In this document: in pieces, positions 52,601 to 64,000 of the stretch
Layout of the letters: the number at the start of each line of letters is the position of its first letter
How positions within the stretch are numbered: the stretch's first letter is position 1
Source of the DNA: the human T2T-CHM13v2.0 reference genome, Homo sapiens
Direction: 5' to 3' (one strand)
Assembly: GCF_009914755.1 (NCBI RefSeq)
Contig: NC_060936.1
DNA length: 64,000 nt
Notes under the pieces: model-generated
Database searches by the model: none
What the model saw: only the letters and a program-made list of their open reading frames with translations
What the model was told of the DNA's origin: nothing
Made by a program: the position numbers and the translations under genes

Positions 52601-55600
52601 TCTTTCTACTTAGGATAAGAGTAGTTTACATACCACAGTTACAGTGTTATAATATTCTGTGTTTTTTTGTGTACTTACTATTACTAGTGAGTTTTGTATC
52701 TTCAGGTGATTATTTATTGCTCATCAATGTCCTTTTCTTTCTGATTGATTTACTCCCTTTAGCATTTCTTGCAGAACAGATCTGGTATTGATGGAATGCC
52801 TCAGCTGTTGTCTGGGAAAGTCTATTTCTCCTTGATGTTTGAGGGATATTTTTGCCAGATATACTGTTACAGGGTAAAAGTTGTTTGTTTTTTTTTTCCT
52901 TCGTCACTTTAAATATGTCATGCTACTCTCTCCTGGCCTGTAAGATTTCCGCTGAAAAGTCTGCTGCCAGATGTATCAAAGCTCCATTGTAAGTTATTTG
53001 TTTCTATTCTCTTGCTGCTTTTAGGATCCTTTCTTTATCCTTAACCTTTGGGAGTTTGATTATTAAATGCCTTGAGGTAGTCTTCTTTGGGTGAAATCTG
53101 CTTGGTGTTCCATAACCCTCTTGTACTTGGATATTTATATTTTTCCCTAGGTTTGGGAAGTTCTCTATTATTATCTCTTTGAATAAACTTTCTACCCTTG
53201 TCTCTTTCTCTACCTCCTGTTTAAGGCCAACAACTCTTAAATTTGCCCTTCTGAGGCAATTTTCTAGATCCTGTAGGTGTGTTTCATTGTTTTTCATCCA
53301 TTTTTTCTTTTGTCTCCTCTTTTTATTTTCAAATAGCCTGTCTTTAAGCTCACTAATTATTTATTCTGCTTGATCCATTTTGCTATTAAAGAACTCTGAT
53401 GCATTCTTCAGTATGCCAATTGCATTTTTCAGCTCCAGAATTTCTGCGTGATTCTTTTTAATTATTTAAATCTCTTTGTTAAATTTATCTGATAGAATCC
53501 TGAATTCCTTCTCTGTGTTGAATTTCTTTGAGTTTCCTCAATATAGCGATCATTTTTATTTAAAAATTTTTAATTATATAGAAATGGAGGTCTCACTATG
53601 TTGCCCAGGCTGCCTTCAAACTCCTGGGCTCAAGTGATGCTAACACTTCAGCTTCCCAAAGTGCTGAGATTATAGGCGTGAGACCCCACACCTGGCCAGC
53701 ACAGCTAATTTGAATTCTCTGTCTGAAACATCACTATCTCTGTTTCTCCAGGATTGATCCCTGATGCCTTATTTAGTTCATTTGGTGAGGTCATGTTTTC
53801 CTGGATGGTGTTTATGCTAGTAGATGTTCTTTGGTATCTAGGCATTGAAGAGTTAGGTATTTATAGTAGCCTTCACTGTCTGGGCTTATTTGTAAACAAT
53901 CCTTCTTGGGAAGACTTTCCAGATATTTGAAAGGACTTGGGTGTTGTGATCTAAGCTGTATGTACTTTAGGTGACACCCCAAGCCCAGTAACACTGCAGT
54001 TCTTGCAGACTAGTAGAAGTACCACCTTGATGGTCTTGGACAAGATACGGGAGAATCCTCTGGATTACCAGGCAAAGACTCTTGTTCTCTTCCCTTACTT
54101 TCTCCCAAACAGAGTCTCTCTCTTTCTCTGTTCTGAGCCACCTAAAGCTGGGGGTGGAGTGACACAAGCACCCCTGTGGCCACAACCACTATGACCACAC
54201 TGGGTCAGACCTGAAGGCAGCACAGCACTGGGTCTTGCCCAAGGCCTGCTGTGACCACACCTGGCTACTGCCTATGTGTACTCAAGGCCCTGGAAATCTA
54301 TAATCAGGAGGCGGCAAAACCAGTCAGGCTTGTGTCCTTCCCTTTAGAGTGGTGAGGTCCCCCAAGCCCTGGGTGGGTCCAGAGGTACTGTCCAGGGGTC
54401 AGGGACTGGAGTCAAAAACTTTAGAAGTCTACCTGGTGATCTATTATGTTGCAGCTGAGCTGGCACTCAAACCACAAGATGTAGCCCTTCCTACTCTTCC
54501 CTTCCCTTTCCACAGGCAGAGGGGCCTCATCCCAGAGTCACCCCTACCCCAAACCACGAAGAGTACTGCCAGACTACTGCCCATGTTCCCTTAAGGCCCA
54601 AGGTCTCTTAAATCAGCTTGTGGTGAATGCTGCCTGGCCTGTGACTCACCCTTCAGGGCAGTGGGCTCCCCTCTGGCCCAGGGCAGGTCCAAAAATGCCA
54701 GCAAAGGGCCAAGTCCTGGAATCAGGGACCCTGAGGGCCTGCTTGGTGCTCTACCCCTCTGTGACCATGCTGTCTCAGAGCTAAGCCAGCATGTCTCAGA
54801 GACTCGTCCAAGGTCCTCGATGTAGTACTTGGGTATCACTACTGGTTGTTCAGGGTCCAAGGGCTCTTCAGTTAGCAGGTGACTGATGCTGCCAGGACTG
54901 AGTCTTTCCTTCAAGACAGCAGGTTCCCTTCTGACCCAGGATGTGTCTAGAAATGTTCTCCACGAGCGAGGGCCTGGAACAGGGGCCTCACAGCTCTGTC
55001 TGGTGCCCTATCCTGCTGTAGCTGAGCTGGTATCTAAGATGCAAGACAGTCTCCCCTACTCTTTCCTCTCTTCTCTTCAAGCAGAGGAAGGAGTCTCTTT
55101 TGGAGCCCCGAACTGAGTAGTATGGGATTAGGGGAGGGGTGATGCCACACTCCCTTGGCTGCCCCAGCTGATGTCTCAGTATGCACCCCGAGTCCACTGC
55201 CTCTGGGCCTAGTTCAGCATTAGGTCTCTCCTAAGAGTTGTAGACCTTACGGCCTAGACTGCCTTTCATGTTTACTTGGAGACACAGGGTGCTGTAGCCT
55301 TCTGTGGTGAGGTTTGCAGGCACTCAGTTCAGACTGCTGAGATCAGTGATTCCCCTCTAGCTAGGCCTGGTTAAAATGCTCCTTCCGTTGGCAGGCATTG
55401 GCTGAGTTTGGTCTGGTTTTCCTTTTTGCTCTAACAGAACAGCCCTGAGTTGAGTGCCTCACAATTGCTGTGTTCTCCCTCCCCCAGCTCCCAGAGACAC
55501 TCTGCACCACCCTGCTGCAGCCAGGGGTGGGGGAGGGGTAGTGTCAGCAATTCAGGACTGTTTTTCCTATCTCTTCAGTGCTTCTTTCAGAGATATGAAG

Positions 55601-55750
55601 TTAAAACCAGATACTATGAGTGCTCACCTGATTTTTGGTTCTCATGAAGGGGTTTTTTCTCTGTAGATAGTTATTAACTCAGTGTCCTTGCGGGGGTGGG
55701 TTGGGGGGGCAATGATGGAAACTCTTACTCCATCATCTTGCTTTTCCTCC
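49680..55750 (-). mobile_element. L1MA1/L1MA2-like LINE-1 with both 5'UTR and 3'UTR, internally deleted, inactive
   Basis: 3'UTR GGGTACATGGTAGGTGTATATATT...ATCCATCCCCTCAAGC; ORF2 C-terminus ([12 protein letters not shown], 50541-50750); endonuclease (GVAIHISEKIDFK...NIYAPN, 51882-52070); ORF1 (LRRANLRVVG...KERILKAARE, 53004-53297); 5' end CTCCATCATCTTGC. Confidence 0.92.
53553..53697 (-). mobile_element. FLAM_C / left-arm Alu monomer inserted in L1 ORF1
   Basis: GGTCTCACTATGTTGCCCAGGCTG...CTCCTGGGCTCAAGTGAT...CACACCTGGCC, single arm. Confidence 0.85.
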
Positions 55751-55971
55751 TTTCCCCCTCTCTAAACAGACCAGAATGTGGCTCTGAGCACTATCTTATT
55801 TTTTATTACATTAAATTAAGATGTGAAAGTTATGATTTATTACTTGGTAGGCCTCAATATGTTGTTTTTTCCCATTCTCATTAGTTAATAAAGATGCCAA
55901 CCCTTAACTAAACTGATAGGAAATTTACCAAACTGCATAATAGTTAAACTTAGTTGCTTTGATTTGCTTTG

Positions 55972-56051
55972 TTTTTTAGCTTTCTTTTATCCCTTTGCAT
56001 TTTTAATAAGGCATTTTTAATAATGCAAAGGAATAAAAGGAAGCTAGAAAA
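55972..56051. repeat. Inverted repeat / hairpin with 35-bp arms and a 10-nt loop
   Basis: 55972-56006 vs reverse complement of 56017-56051: 31/35 match. Confidence 0.9.
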
Positions 56052-56294
56052 GGGCATTGAAATAATGAGCATTAAAATAATAATCCTCATATGAATTCAA
56101 GCAATGCATTCAAAGTGCAGTCCATGGCTTATTTATTGTCATGTCCTGGGCATCCGTCTAGTGAACCACACCTATGCACACTTTTAACAGTAACTGAGGT
56201 AGGCATTTAGTTCTTGAGCAAGAAAGAACACTTTAGCAAGTTTGGGAAGAAAGAAGCATTCTATTTCTACAAATGTATGCAACATTTGTTAACA

Positions 56295-56870
<576 letters not shown>

Positions 56871-56959
56871 ACACATTCTCAGAATCCACTTCTGATATCA
56901 GTGAGTAAACTTGGCTATTGATGAATAGATCTTATTAATGACTGTTATTTGATGTTAAG

Positions 56960-57140
56960 TCCATTTCAGCTTCCAAAGCACTATCACATATACTGTTTCT
57001 TCTCATTCAGTCTTTGTAACAATTCTGTGAGTAGGTCACTGCAATCCCACTCCACAGATGAAGAAACTGAGACCCCAAGTAATGCAACTATGAAAACAAG
57101 TCAATTCTGGAGACATGCGTGAAAGCACTCTGACTGAAGA
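56960..57140 (-). mobile_element. MIR/MIR3 SINE
   Basis: CCAAAGCACTATCACATA...CACAGATGAAGAAACTGAGACCC. Confidence 0.6.
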
Positions 57141-59339
57141 CCAATGTTATATTTCTGAAGGGAAAATTAATTGCGCTTCTTTCCAGAGAAGACTGACTCA
57201 CCAGAAACGAGCATAATCAAAATAAGCATAATAATCTCCTCAACCTGTGGGCCCAGTGAGAAGGGAGGAGAGGTCCCCAGCACAGAGGAGAGCAAGGATT
57301 ACTGCTTTTACCAACCTGAGTCAGTGCACACTACAGGCTGGTGTATGTGCACACATGTGTGTGCGTGCACACTGGCAGCCTGCAGGTGCCCGAGGATTGC
57401 TGGGGTCTTCTGCATTCCCCTGGGGCAAGGAAAGGAAACTCTACCAGTGTGTTATAGCCGGGACCACAGTATGTGCCTGTTGCCTCAGATTGTGCTGGAG
57501 AGAGGCCCAGAGGGATCCTCCTCTTATGGGGCTGGCTTGACTCTTGCCAAGAACTGCCAGGCATTTAAGATACAGTCTTCACCTACACACATTTCCAGCA
57601 AACCCTTCAGATTGTAGCCCCCACAGCCTTCACACTTTCTCAACTCAAGCGTGGCATTGTGCCTGCCTTCAAACTCTGCATTGTAACAAAATTGAAGCCT
57701 CTTTTTGGATTATAGGGCCTGCAGGCTACAGCTACTTTAGAGAACTGACTGCTGGCCAAATTGAGAAATATTTGTTAAAAGGGGGCTTTTGCCAGGATAT
57801 TTTCTCTGGAGACCGTTATCAATAAATCTGAAGAAAGAGGCCACACCTGAAAAGCCCATAGCATTAAGATGCCCATTGTACTCTTTCCTTTTGGGAATTA
57901 CTGACTCTAGATAATCTCTTCAAATCTTTGGGTCGTATTTGTTTCATTATTGAATATCACAAGAACTCACTGACGCAATAGGAAATATCCACAGATCTGC
58001 ATTTATGTCAAGGGCTAAGAGGGGTCCACAGTAATGTAGCTTTGGGGTTGTGCTTAAAATAAAATAATAATCAAATTTTACTATTTCTTTCCTAGCATCT
58101 GTCCCTACCCAATTACTCTACTCAGTTATTTTTAGGAATTGGCTCCTGGCATTGATTCTTGAAGCCAGAGGTATTGTCTGTGCTGCCTCTTGGAATCATT
58201 TTTCCACTTGGCACACCCAGAGTTGGAGAGAGGAGTAGGCTGGATGGGTCTGTTGGAGTGTTATTGTTCATACAGTCTGTGTCAGCAAGGGCTGCAATCA
58301 GCTTGTTTGTCACATGTCTCTGAGCCTCACTCAGGCAGCCACGGGGATCATAGCCACTAATCCAGCTACACAGAGAAAGCTGGAGCCCAATGGGTGCTGA
58401 GCACCTTTTCTGTATCCTGTCCCTTGAATTAGAACCCCAGGTTTATATCCCAAGTCATCTTTTACCTAAATACACTATTTTTCAAAAAAGAAGAAGAAAG
58501 CTACCTTTGAAGGGTTAACATCAATGAATAGTTGGAAACTTGTTAAGAATTTTTTTTCCCTAACACATTTTAAAGTTTAGGAAAACCTAGAAATGCAATG
58601 CCTAAAAAAAGCCAGCTTCTCTCTATATTTCTAAATCATTTTTGTATCTTTAAAAAGATGTGTGTGCAATCTTCAGGGAGGAAGGGAAGGAATATATATG
58701 CCATTGCTGACTTCCTACTTCTAAAGATAGTACTTTAATATCTGTAAATCAGACTCACTACTTTGGTATTATATATCAAAAGACATAGAGTTTCAAAATA
58801 ATGCAATTCTGGGACCCTCCTCACCTTCCGCTTCTCACCTATTTTTATCTTTCCTAAAGTACAAGGACCTTCAGAATCCTGAAAGGGATTCAGACAATTC
58901 AACATTTTTTTCCTGAGGCTAGATTAAAATTTACCTTTGCCTTATCTATATGTAGCAAGTAGAATTTGCTAAACAAAGAAGTAGTATAAACTCATATTCG
59001 GGATTATTGCTCCATTTACTTAAGAAAGGGGTTTCATCACCTTTAAAAATATTTTAACATCATTTGAAGGCAAATAATGAGTGAACAAATTACAAAGTAT
59101 TAGTTCAGACAGGAAAGATATTTTTTAGGGCTTACCTGAAGCACAAAAACTTTTAAAACGATACAGTTTCTCAGTAATTCACAGTAGGCTTCCTTCCATT
59201 TATTTCAAATGGATGAAATTTTATTCACCATGAAAATGGTATACTACTGGGAGGAGAATTCCCAATGAGGGTTGAGTCTTGGCTAACTAGTTGGGTTAGC
59301 CAGGCAGCATAGTGGAGGTGGATTTGGCATTTGTGTTGT

Positions 59340-59770
59340 CATTCATTTACTCTAAAAATGTGTGTGTGTATTGTATTTTAGCATCTCTCAGCACTGTGCC
59401 ACACACTAAAGATAACAGAGGATAAAATCTGTGGGCTTGACCTCACAGAACTTACAGTCAAATGGGGAATAGAGGAGTTATCATCCGGTAAGTGCTTTGA
59501 CAAGGGAAGAGCAGGATTCTTTGGAAGCGCTTGGATGGAGCCCCTCAAACAGATCTGGAGAAGTGGCATCTAAGCTGAAACCTGGAGGAGCAGTAGGAGT
59601 TGGAGAGGGGAGATATACAAAGGAATGTTTTAGATTACAATGTAGGTGAAACCACAGAGGCAAAGGAGAGCATGGCCAGGAGATGTGAGACAGAGGAAAA
59701 GATAGTTCTGTAACTTGGAGCTTCGAGGGCAAAGGTGCTTGTTCTGGCAAGAGAGGAAGCTCTACAGGTA
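59340..59770 (-). mobile_element. L2 LINE 3' fragment
   Basis: CATTCATTTAC...GACCTCACAGAACTTACAGTC...GAAGTGGCATCTAAGCTGAAACCTG. Confidence 0.65.
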
Positions 59771-59789
59771 CAAAAATGCTGTAAAGCCT

Positions 59790-60185
59790 GACTTCTTAGA
59801 GGTATCCAACACAGTTCAACTCACCTTCTCTCTTGAAGTACGTTCTTTCCCTTTTAGGCTTCCATAACACCACAGTCTCTTTGTTTTCCTCCTACTTCAT
59901 AGATTACTTCTCAGTCTCCTTTGATGTCTCCTTTTACCTTGCTCAGCCTCTAAATATTAGAGTTCTTTAAGACTTAGTCCTGAGCACTCTTCTCTGCTCT
60001 ATTTACTGCCTACATACATTTACCAAGTGATTTCATCCAGTCATGTGACTTTAAATAGAATCTAGGCCTATGACCTCCAAATCTCTATCCCCTGCCCTGA
60101 TCTCTTTCCCCAAATCCAGATTTATGTCTATTTCCTTCCCTGGCCACTCTCTTTAGCTGTTCAATAGGCAACTCAGACACAATAC
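59790..60185 (+). mobile_element. L2 LINE ORF2-region fragment
   Basis: GGCTTCCATAACACCAC...TTTTCCTCCTAC...TTCTCAGTCTCCTTTG...ATGACCTCCAAATCTCTATC. Confidence 0.7.
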
Positions 60186-60303
60186 TCAATTAGTTAGAAT
60201 GCGCTTGGCTGTGAGCAACAGAAAACTTCAACTCAAATGGCTTAAATAGTAAGGTCATTCTTACAGTGTTGTTCCTGACCTAGGTAGTTCGTAGGGATGG
60301 TAT

Positions 60304-60902
60304 TGTAGGTGAGAAAAAATTTTTCTTCAAAACTCTTAAGTTTTGTTACTGGGGTCTGCAAATTAAACTGACAAAAGGAAGATTAACAGGAGAAAAAGTT
60401 TATTTATGCATGTAATGCTCATACATGCAGGAATGCTCAGTGATGAGTTAGTCAAAGGGATGATTGGAATTTGGGGCTTATACACCTAACTTAGTAGGAG
60501 AAAGGAAAGTGGGAGAAAAGGCTTCTATGGAAAGGACAAATACTTTTTTTAAAAGAAAGAAAAATGGGTTTTGGGGAGGACAAATGAGAGAGAAAGGTTT
60601 TGCTGATGTTTGTCTATACAGGTCTGAGCCATCTTTCCATCTCCTTCAGGGTCATAAAACCTCCCTGTGGGAAGGGTTTATGATAAGTTTACTCAAGGTC
60701 TCTCTCCTGGCACCAGATCCATCCCAATGAGGGAATTTATGGTAGCCTCATTTCCCAGATACAAATTTATTCTTTTAGTCCGATAAGGGAAATTCTGAGA
60801 AGGCTTCTTTCTGCATCTGCTGAATTTAAAATGCGTTTGGCTTATAATAATCCTTATGCCAAAGTCACATATTTTGAAGATGGCATATCCTGATCCCTTT
60901 CA
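60304..60902 (-). mobile_element. ERV1 solo LTR, MER34-like
   Basis: Minus strand begins TGAAAGGGATCAGGATATGCCATCTTCAAAATATGTGACTTTGGCATAAGGATTATT; TG..CA ends. Confidence 0.78.
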
Positions 60903-61186
60903 GTGCTGCATTCTTTTAGTTGAACAAAATTGTACAAAGGGATTTCAGTGTCATGAATTGGGTTTTGGGCTAATTCTGAAATGGTGAATCACTGAAGGGC
61001 CTAGGTTAATATGATTCTTCTTAGCTCTGACCTAACCTCCCTTTATAATTCTATTCACCATAGGAGTCAAATTAAAGTCAAGAGATATTTTTGACCTATT
61101 GTAGTGCCTATTGTAGTATAGATCGTATATATTTTGATGTATTATAATGCCTACCATGGGCTAATTCTTGTGGTGAACTTCAGATC

Positions 61187-61638
61187 TGTGGTGTTAATTG
61201 ATAGCATAAATAGTCCCCTTTAATGGCCTCTGTATCCCTGCCTTTCCCCTGAAACTTTTTTGTTCCTGCCAAGTTTGACCTTGAACTCGTTTATGAGACT
61301 TGCTTAGGCCAATGGAGTGTCAGCAAATGTGACACAACCAGAGGCTTTAAAAGTGATTGTTTATTAAGAACAAACCTAGGCTAGCTTGCCAGAGGAGAGG
61401 GGACCACATGGGGCAGAGATGAGCTGTCCCAAATGAGGCCATTCTAGATGAGGTGGCCTCCAGACAGTTGCCCAGCTAACCGCAAATGCATGAGCATGCC
61501 CAGCCAAGACCAGTTCAGTCTAGTCCAAGTCAGCAGAACTGCCTAGCTGATCTGTAGACCCATCATAAATAATAAATAGTAGTTAACTTAAGTCACTAGT
61601 ATTGGGGTGGATTGTTATGTAATAGAAGCTAAAATACA
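61187..61638 (+). mobile_element. MaLR LTR MLT1G/H-like
   Basis: TGTGGTG...GACTTGCTTAGGCCAATGG...CAGCAGAACTGCCTAGCTGA...AATAATAAAT...AAGTCACTAGTATTGGGGTGG...ATACA. Confidence 0.75.
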
Positions 61639-62575
61639 TGTGGAAAATTCCTAACTTTTTTGAATGGAGAGGATGAGAGAACACCTTAACAGAGGAGCTT
61701 ATAGGAGTAGGGTTACTTCAAACTGTATCTTTCAGGTGTGGAATTTTTTATTCTGGGATTTCTCAAGATAGAAAAATTCTCAACTGGGCATGCTTCTCAC
61801 AAAACATGCTGTCATACCTTGGCTGAGTAAGATGGTAACTCTAAATTGGTTCTGCTAATAGGCCATCCTCCCTTGACATGCAAAATTATATCATGGTAAG
61901 CGTCTCCTCTCTATGTGCAGAAGGTTGTGGTGCAACAGCGCTGGAAGAAGGCTGGTTACTGGACAGAGACCTGTGGAAGCTGTTAAGAGGTAGCACAGTG
62001 CTGTCTCATGAGCACAGGAGATGCAATCCCTAAGTAGGAACCATCACAGCAGTATATGGAATGGTCCCTGTGGAGATGAATTTCCAGCAAATTATTTAGC
62101 ACTAGCTCTTTAAATCCTCTGAGGTCATGACAAGCCTCTGGCCAGTTTCACACAATGGCTGGTCACTTCTCTCAGGCTACAGTGATGCTCTTCACTTGCC
62201 AAAGGATTGCTACCAACCTCTAATTGCCTGCTAATCTTTATCCTTCATTTCCTCCACTCAACGGATGCTATCAAACTTGCAGTTTCACATTCAGCTTGCT
62301 GTCCTTTGTTGTGCCTTTGCAGAAGGTCTGGCACCATCACTTAGACACTTCTTGACACACTTTTATGTCAGAAAGAGAAGCTGCAAGGAAAAAACAACAT
62401 GCATGACCACATGTGCTCAATTCAGCTCTCATTGGTCAGTAGTGGCTGCTACACAGTGTGGCTACGCTTGCTGGCAGAGGGATCTGCTGGGCTGGCTCTC
62501 AGGGAATGAGAGGATATGATTGTTCCAAGTATGTATTGATAATAGAATACAATGTATCATTTAATAAGATAAATA

Positions 62576-62681
62576 CAGTTGGTCTTAAACCTGCAGATAT
62601 GGAGGGCCTTGAGCTTCTGCAGATTTTGGTATCTGCACAGGGTCCTGGAACTGGTCCCCTGCAGATACTAAGGGGAGAATG
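62576..62681 (-). mobile_element. Internally deleted MER2-like (Tigger) MITE
   Basis: GATTTTGGTATCTGC...GGGTCCTGGAAC...GCAGATACTAAGGG; TA on both flanks. Confidence 0.7.
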
Positions 62682-62719
62682 TACTTCAAATTATAGTAAA
62701 GCTATAAAAATTGTAGCTT

Positions 62720-62965
62720 ACTGATTAAGCACATAGACTTTAGAATCAGACAGGCCTGGGTGCAAATTAAGATTTATGATTTACTAATGCTCTCATTGTG
62801 AGCTTGTTACTTAACCTCTTATGCCACTGTGCAATGAAGACAGTAATTCCCACTTCCTAGGGATCTTGCAAGGATTAAATGAGACATAGCACGTAAAATG
62901 CCTAGCACAGTACTTAATACCTAGTAAGCACTCTGTAATTATAGGTGATGATAATAATGATGATT
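62720..62965 (+). mobile_element. MIR SINE
   Basis: GACTTTAGAATCAGACAGGCCTGGG...AGGATTAAATGAGA...CCTAGCACAGT...TAGTAAGCACTC. Confidence 0.8.
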
Positions 62966-64000
62966 ACCTAAGATAATTTTCTCCCAAATATATTCTACCC
63001 AACAATGGTGTATTTGGAAATATTAATAGGTGTACTGTGAAATAAAGGTTTCAGAGGTCACAGAGAACATCAATATGTAGTGAAGAAACTAGTTGAATTT
63101 TATTTAACCCAGTTTTTCCCACATTGATTTGAAGACAGAACCTTTTTTTTTCTTGGAAGGCCTATTGACATCTGTGGGACAGCAGTGTCCTCCCAGACCC
63201 CTGTTTGGACAATGCTGGCTCATGAAAATAATTTTCAGTTGTTTGACTATTGAAAAATCCCTCACCAGAAAGCAAAATGAGAATTGAATATAAAGAAGCA
63301 TTACGTGTAAAAACCTGGCCTCCGTGGGTATGGGAGCAATGTTGCAGTTGGCTTGCAGCCTTTCTGGAGTCTCGGAACACAGGAGATCGTCATCTCAGCC
63401 ATCTGCTGTGAAGGGGCAGCATGTCGTGCAGTGGGACAGAGTCAGAATTGGCTGTTCCATCTGCCAGCATCACTTTGAAACAGAAGCCACAGAGGGCTTT
63501 TTCTCAGTGACAGCTCAGTCCCCTGAAGACAAGCCCTGAACTCTGGACTGTCCTCACTAAGACCACCCAAGGCCAAAACTGGACTTTTTCTTCAGCCAGA
63601 AGTGGCCACACATGTTTTTTGATTTTTGTTTGTTTGAATTTGTTTTGTAGGCAACCACATGAAGCACAGACCCAGGAGGCCTAAGCTGGCCTCGGTGTAG
63701 GAGAAGCCGGGCACAGGGATGTTTTTGAAGAAGAAAGTGACCACTTGTCAAAGAATTCAGGATTGATTCCTAACGCAGAGTGACTCATCAAGAGACCCAG
63801 GTTCTATTGGCCACCCCTCTTCAGCTGGTTATTCAGGCTAGGGAAACTGTTTTTGTTTTTTAAGGGAAAGTTTATAGAAAGTGAGAGAAGGTAGATACGA
63901 GATTCAAAAGACAAAGTAGAAAGAAATGTGTGTTCTTTAAGGTAAGAGCAGGTACTTTTTAAGCATAATATTGAATTAACATTTGGTGTAATATTGAATT

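Noticed and set aside
57171-57617. 148-aa ORF with overlapping ORFs
   Set aside because: Non-ATG start, includes a TG-alternating tract, no recognisable homology.
62975-63215. Possible old hAT-Charlie fragment (similar sequence near 40200-40380)
   Set aside because: Too decayed to assign from recall, so not listed as a feature.

Overview
This is primate (probably human) non-coding genomic DNA, either intergenic or deep intronic. I find no credible host protein-coding exon: the ORFs I can identify are Alu read-throughs, decayed L1 ORF1/ORF2 pieces or decayed Hsmar1 transposase, and the rest look like chance ORFs. Roughly half of the window is interspersed repeat. This includes 12 Alus plus a FLAM-type monomer, many MIR and L2 fragments, several L1M pieces (one ~6 kb L1MA-type copy with both ends), solo LTRs (MER41A, two MER34-like, two MER57-like, four THE1/MST, two to three MLT1) and DNA transposons (Hsmar1, MER1B, two MER5, MER82, a MER2 derivative). 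Subfamily names come from my recall of consensus sequences and need RepeatMasker/Dfam confirmation; edges of old repeats are approximate. I see no evidence for a new multi-gene biological system. The most notable structures are: (1) a ~150-bp inverted duplication inside the Hsmar1 copy, with near-identical arms; (2) a repeat-independent 80-nt hairpin at 55972-56051; (3) a 35-nt tailless U2 snRNA retrocopy with target-site duplications (TSDs); (4) a ~190-bp tandem duplication; and (5) a CpG-retaining unique segment with a strong CTCF-like motif at 27.4-28.3 kb.
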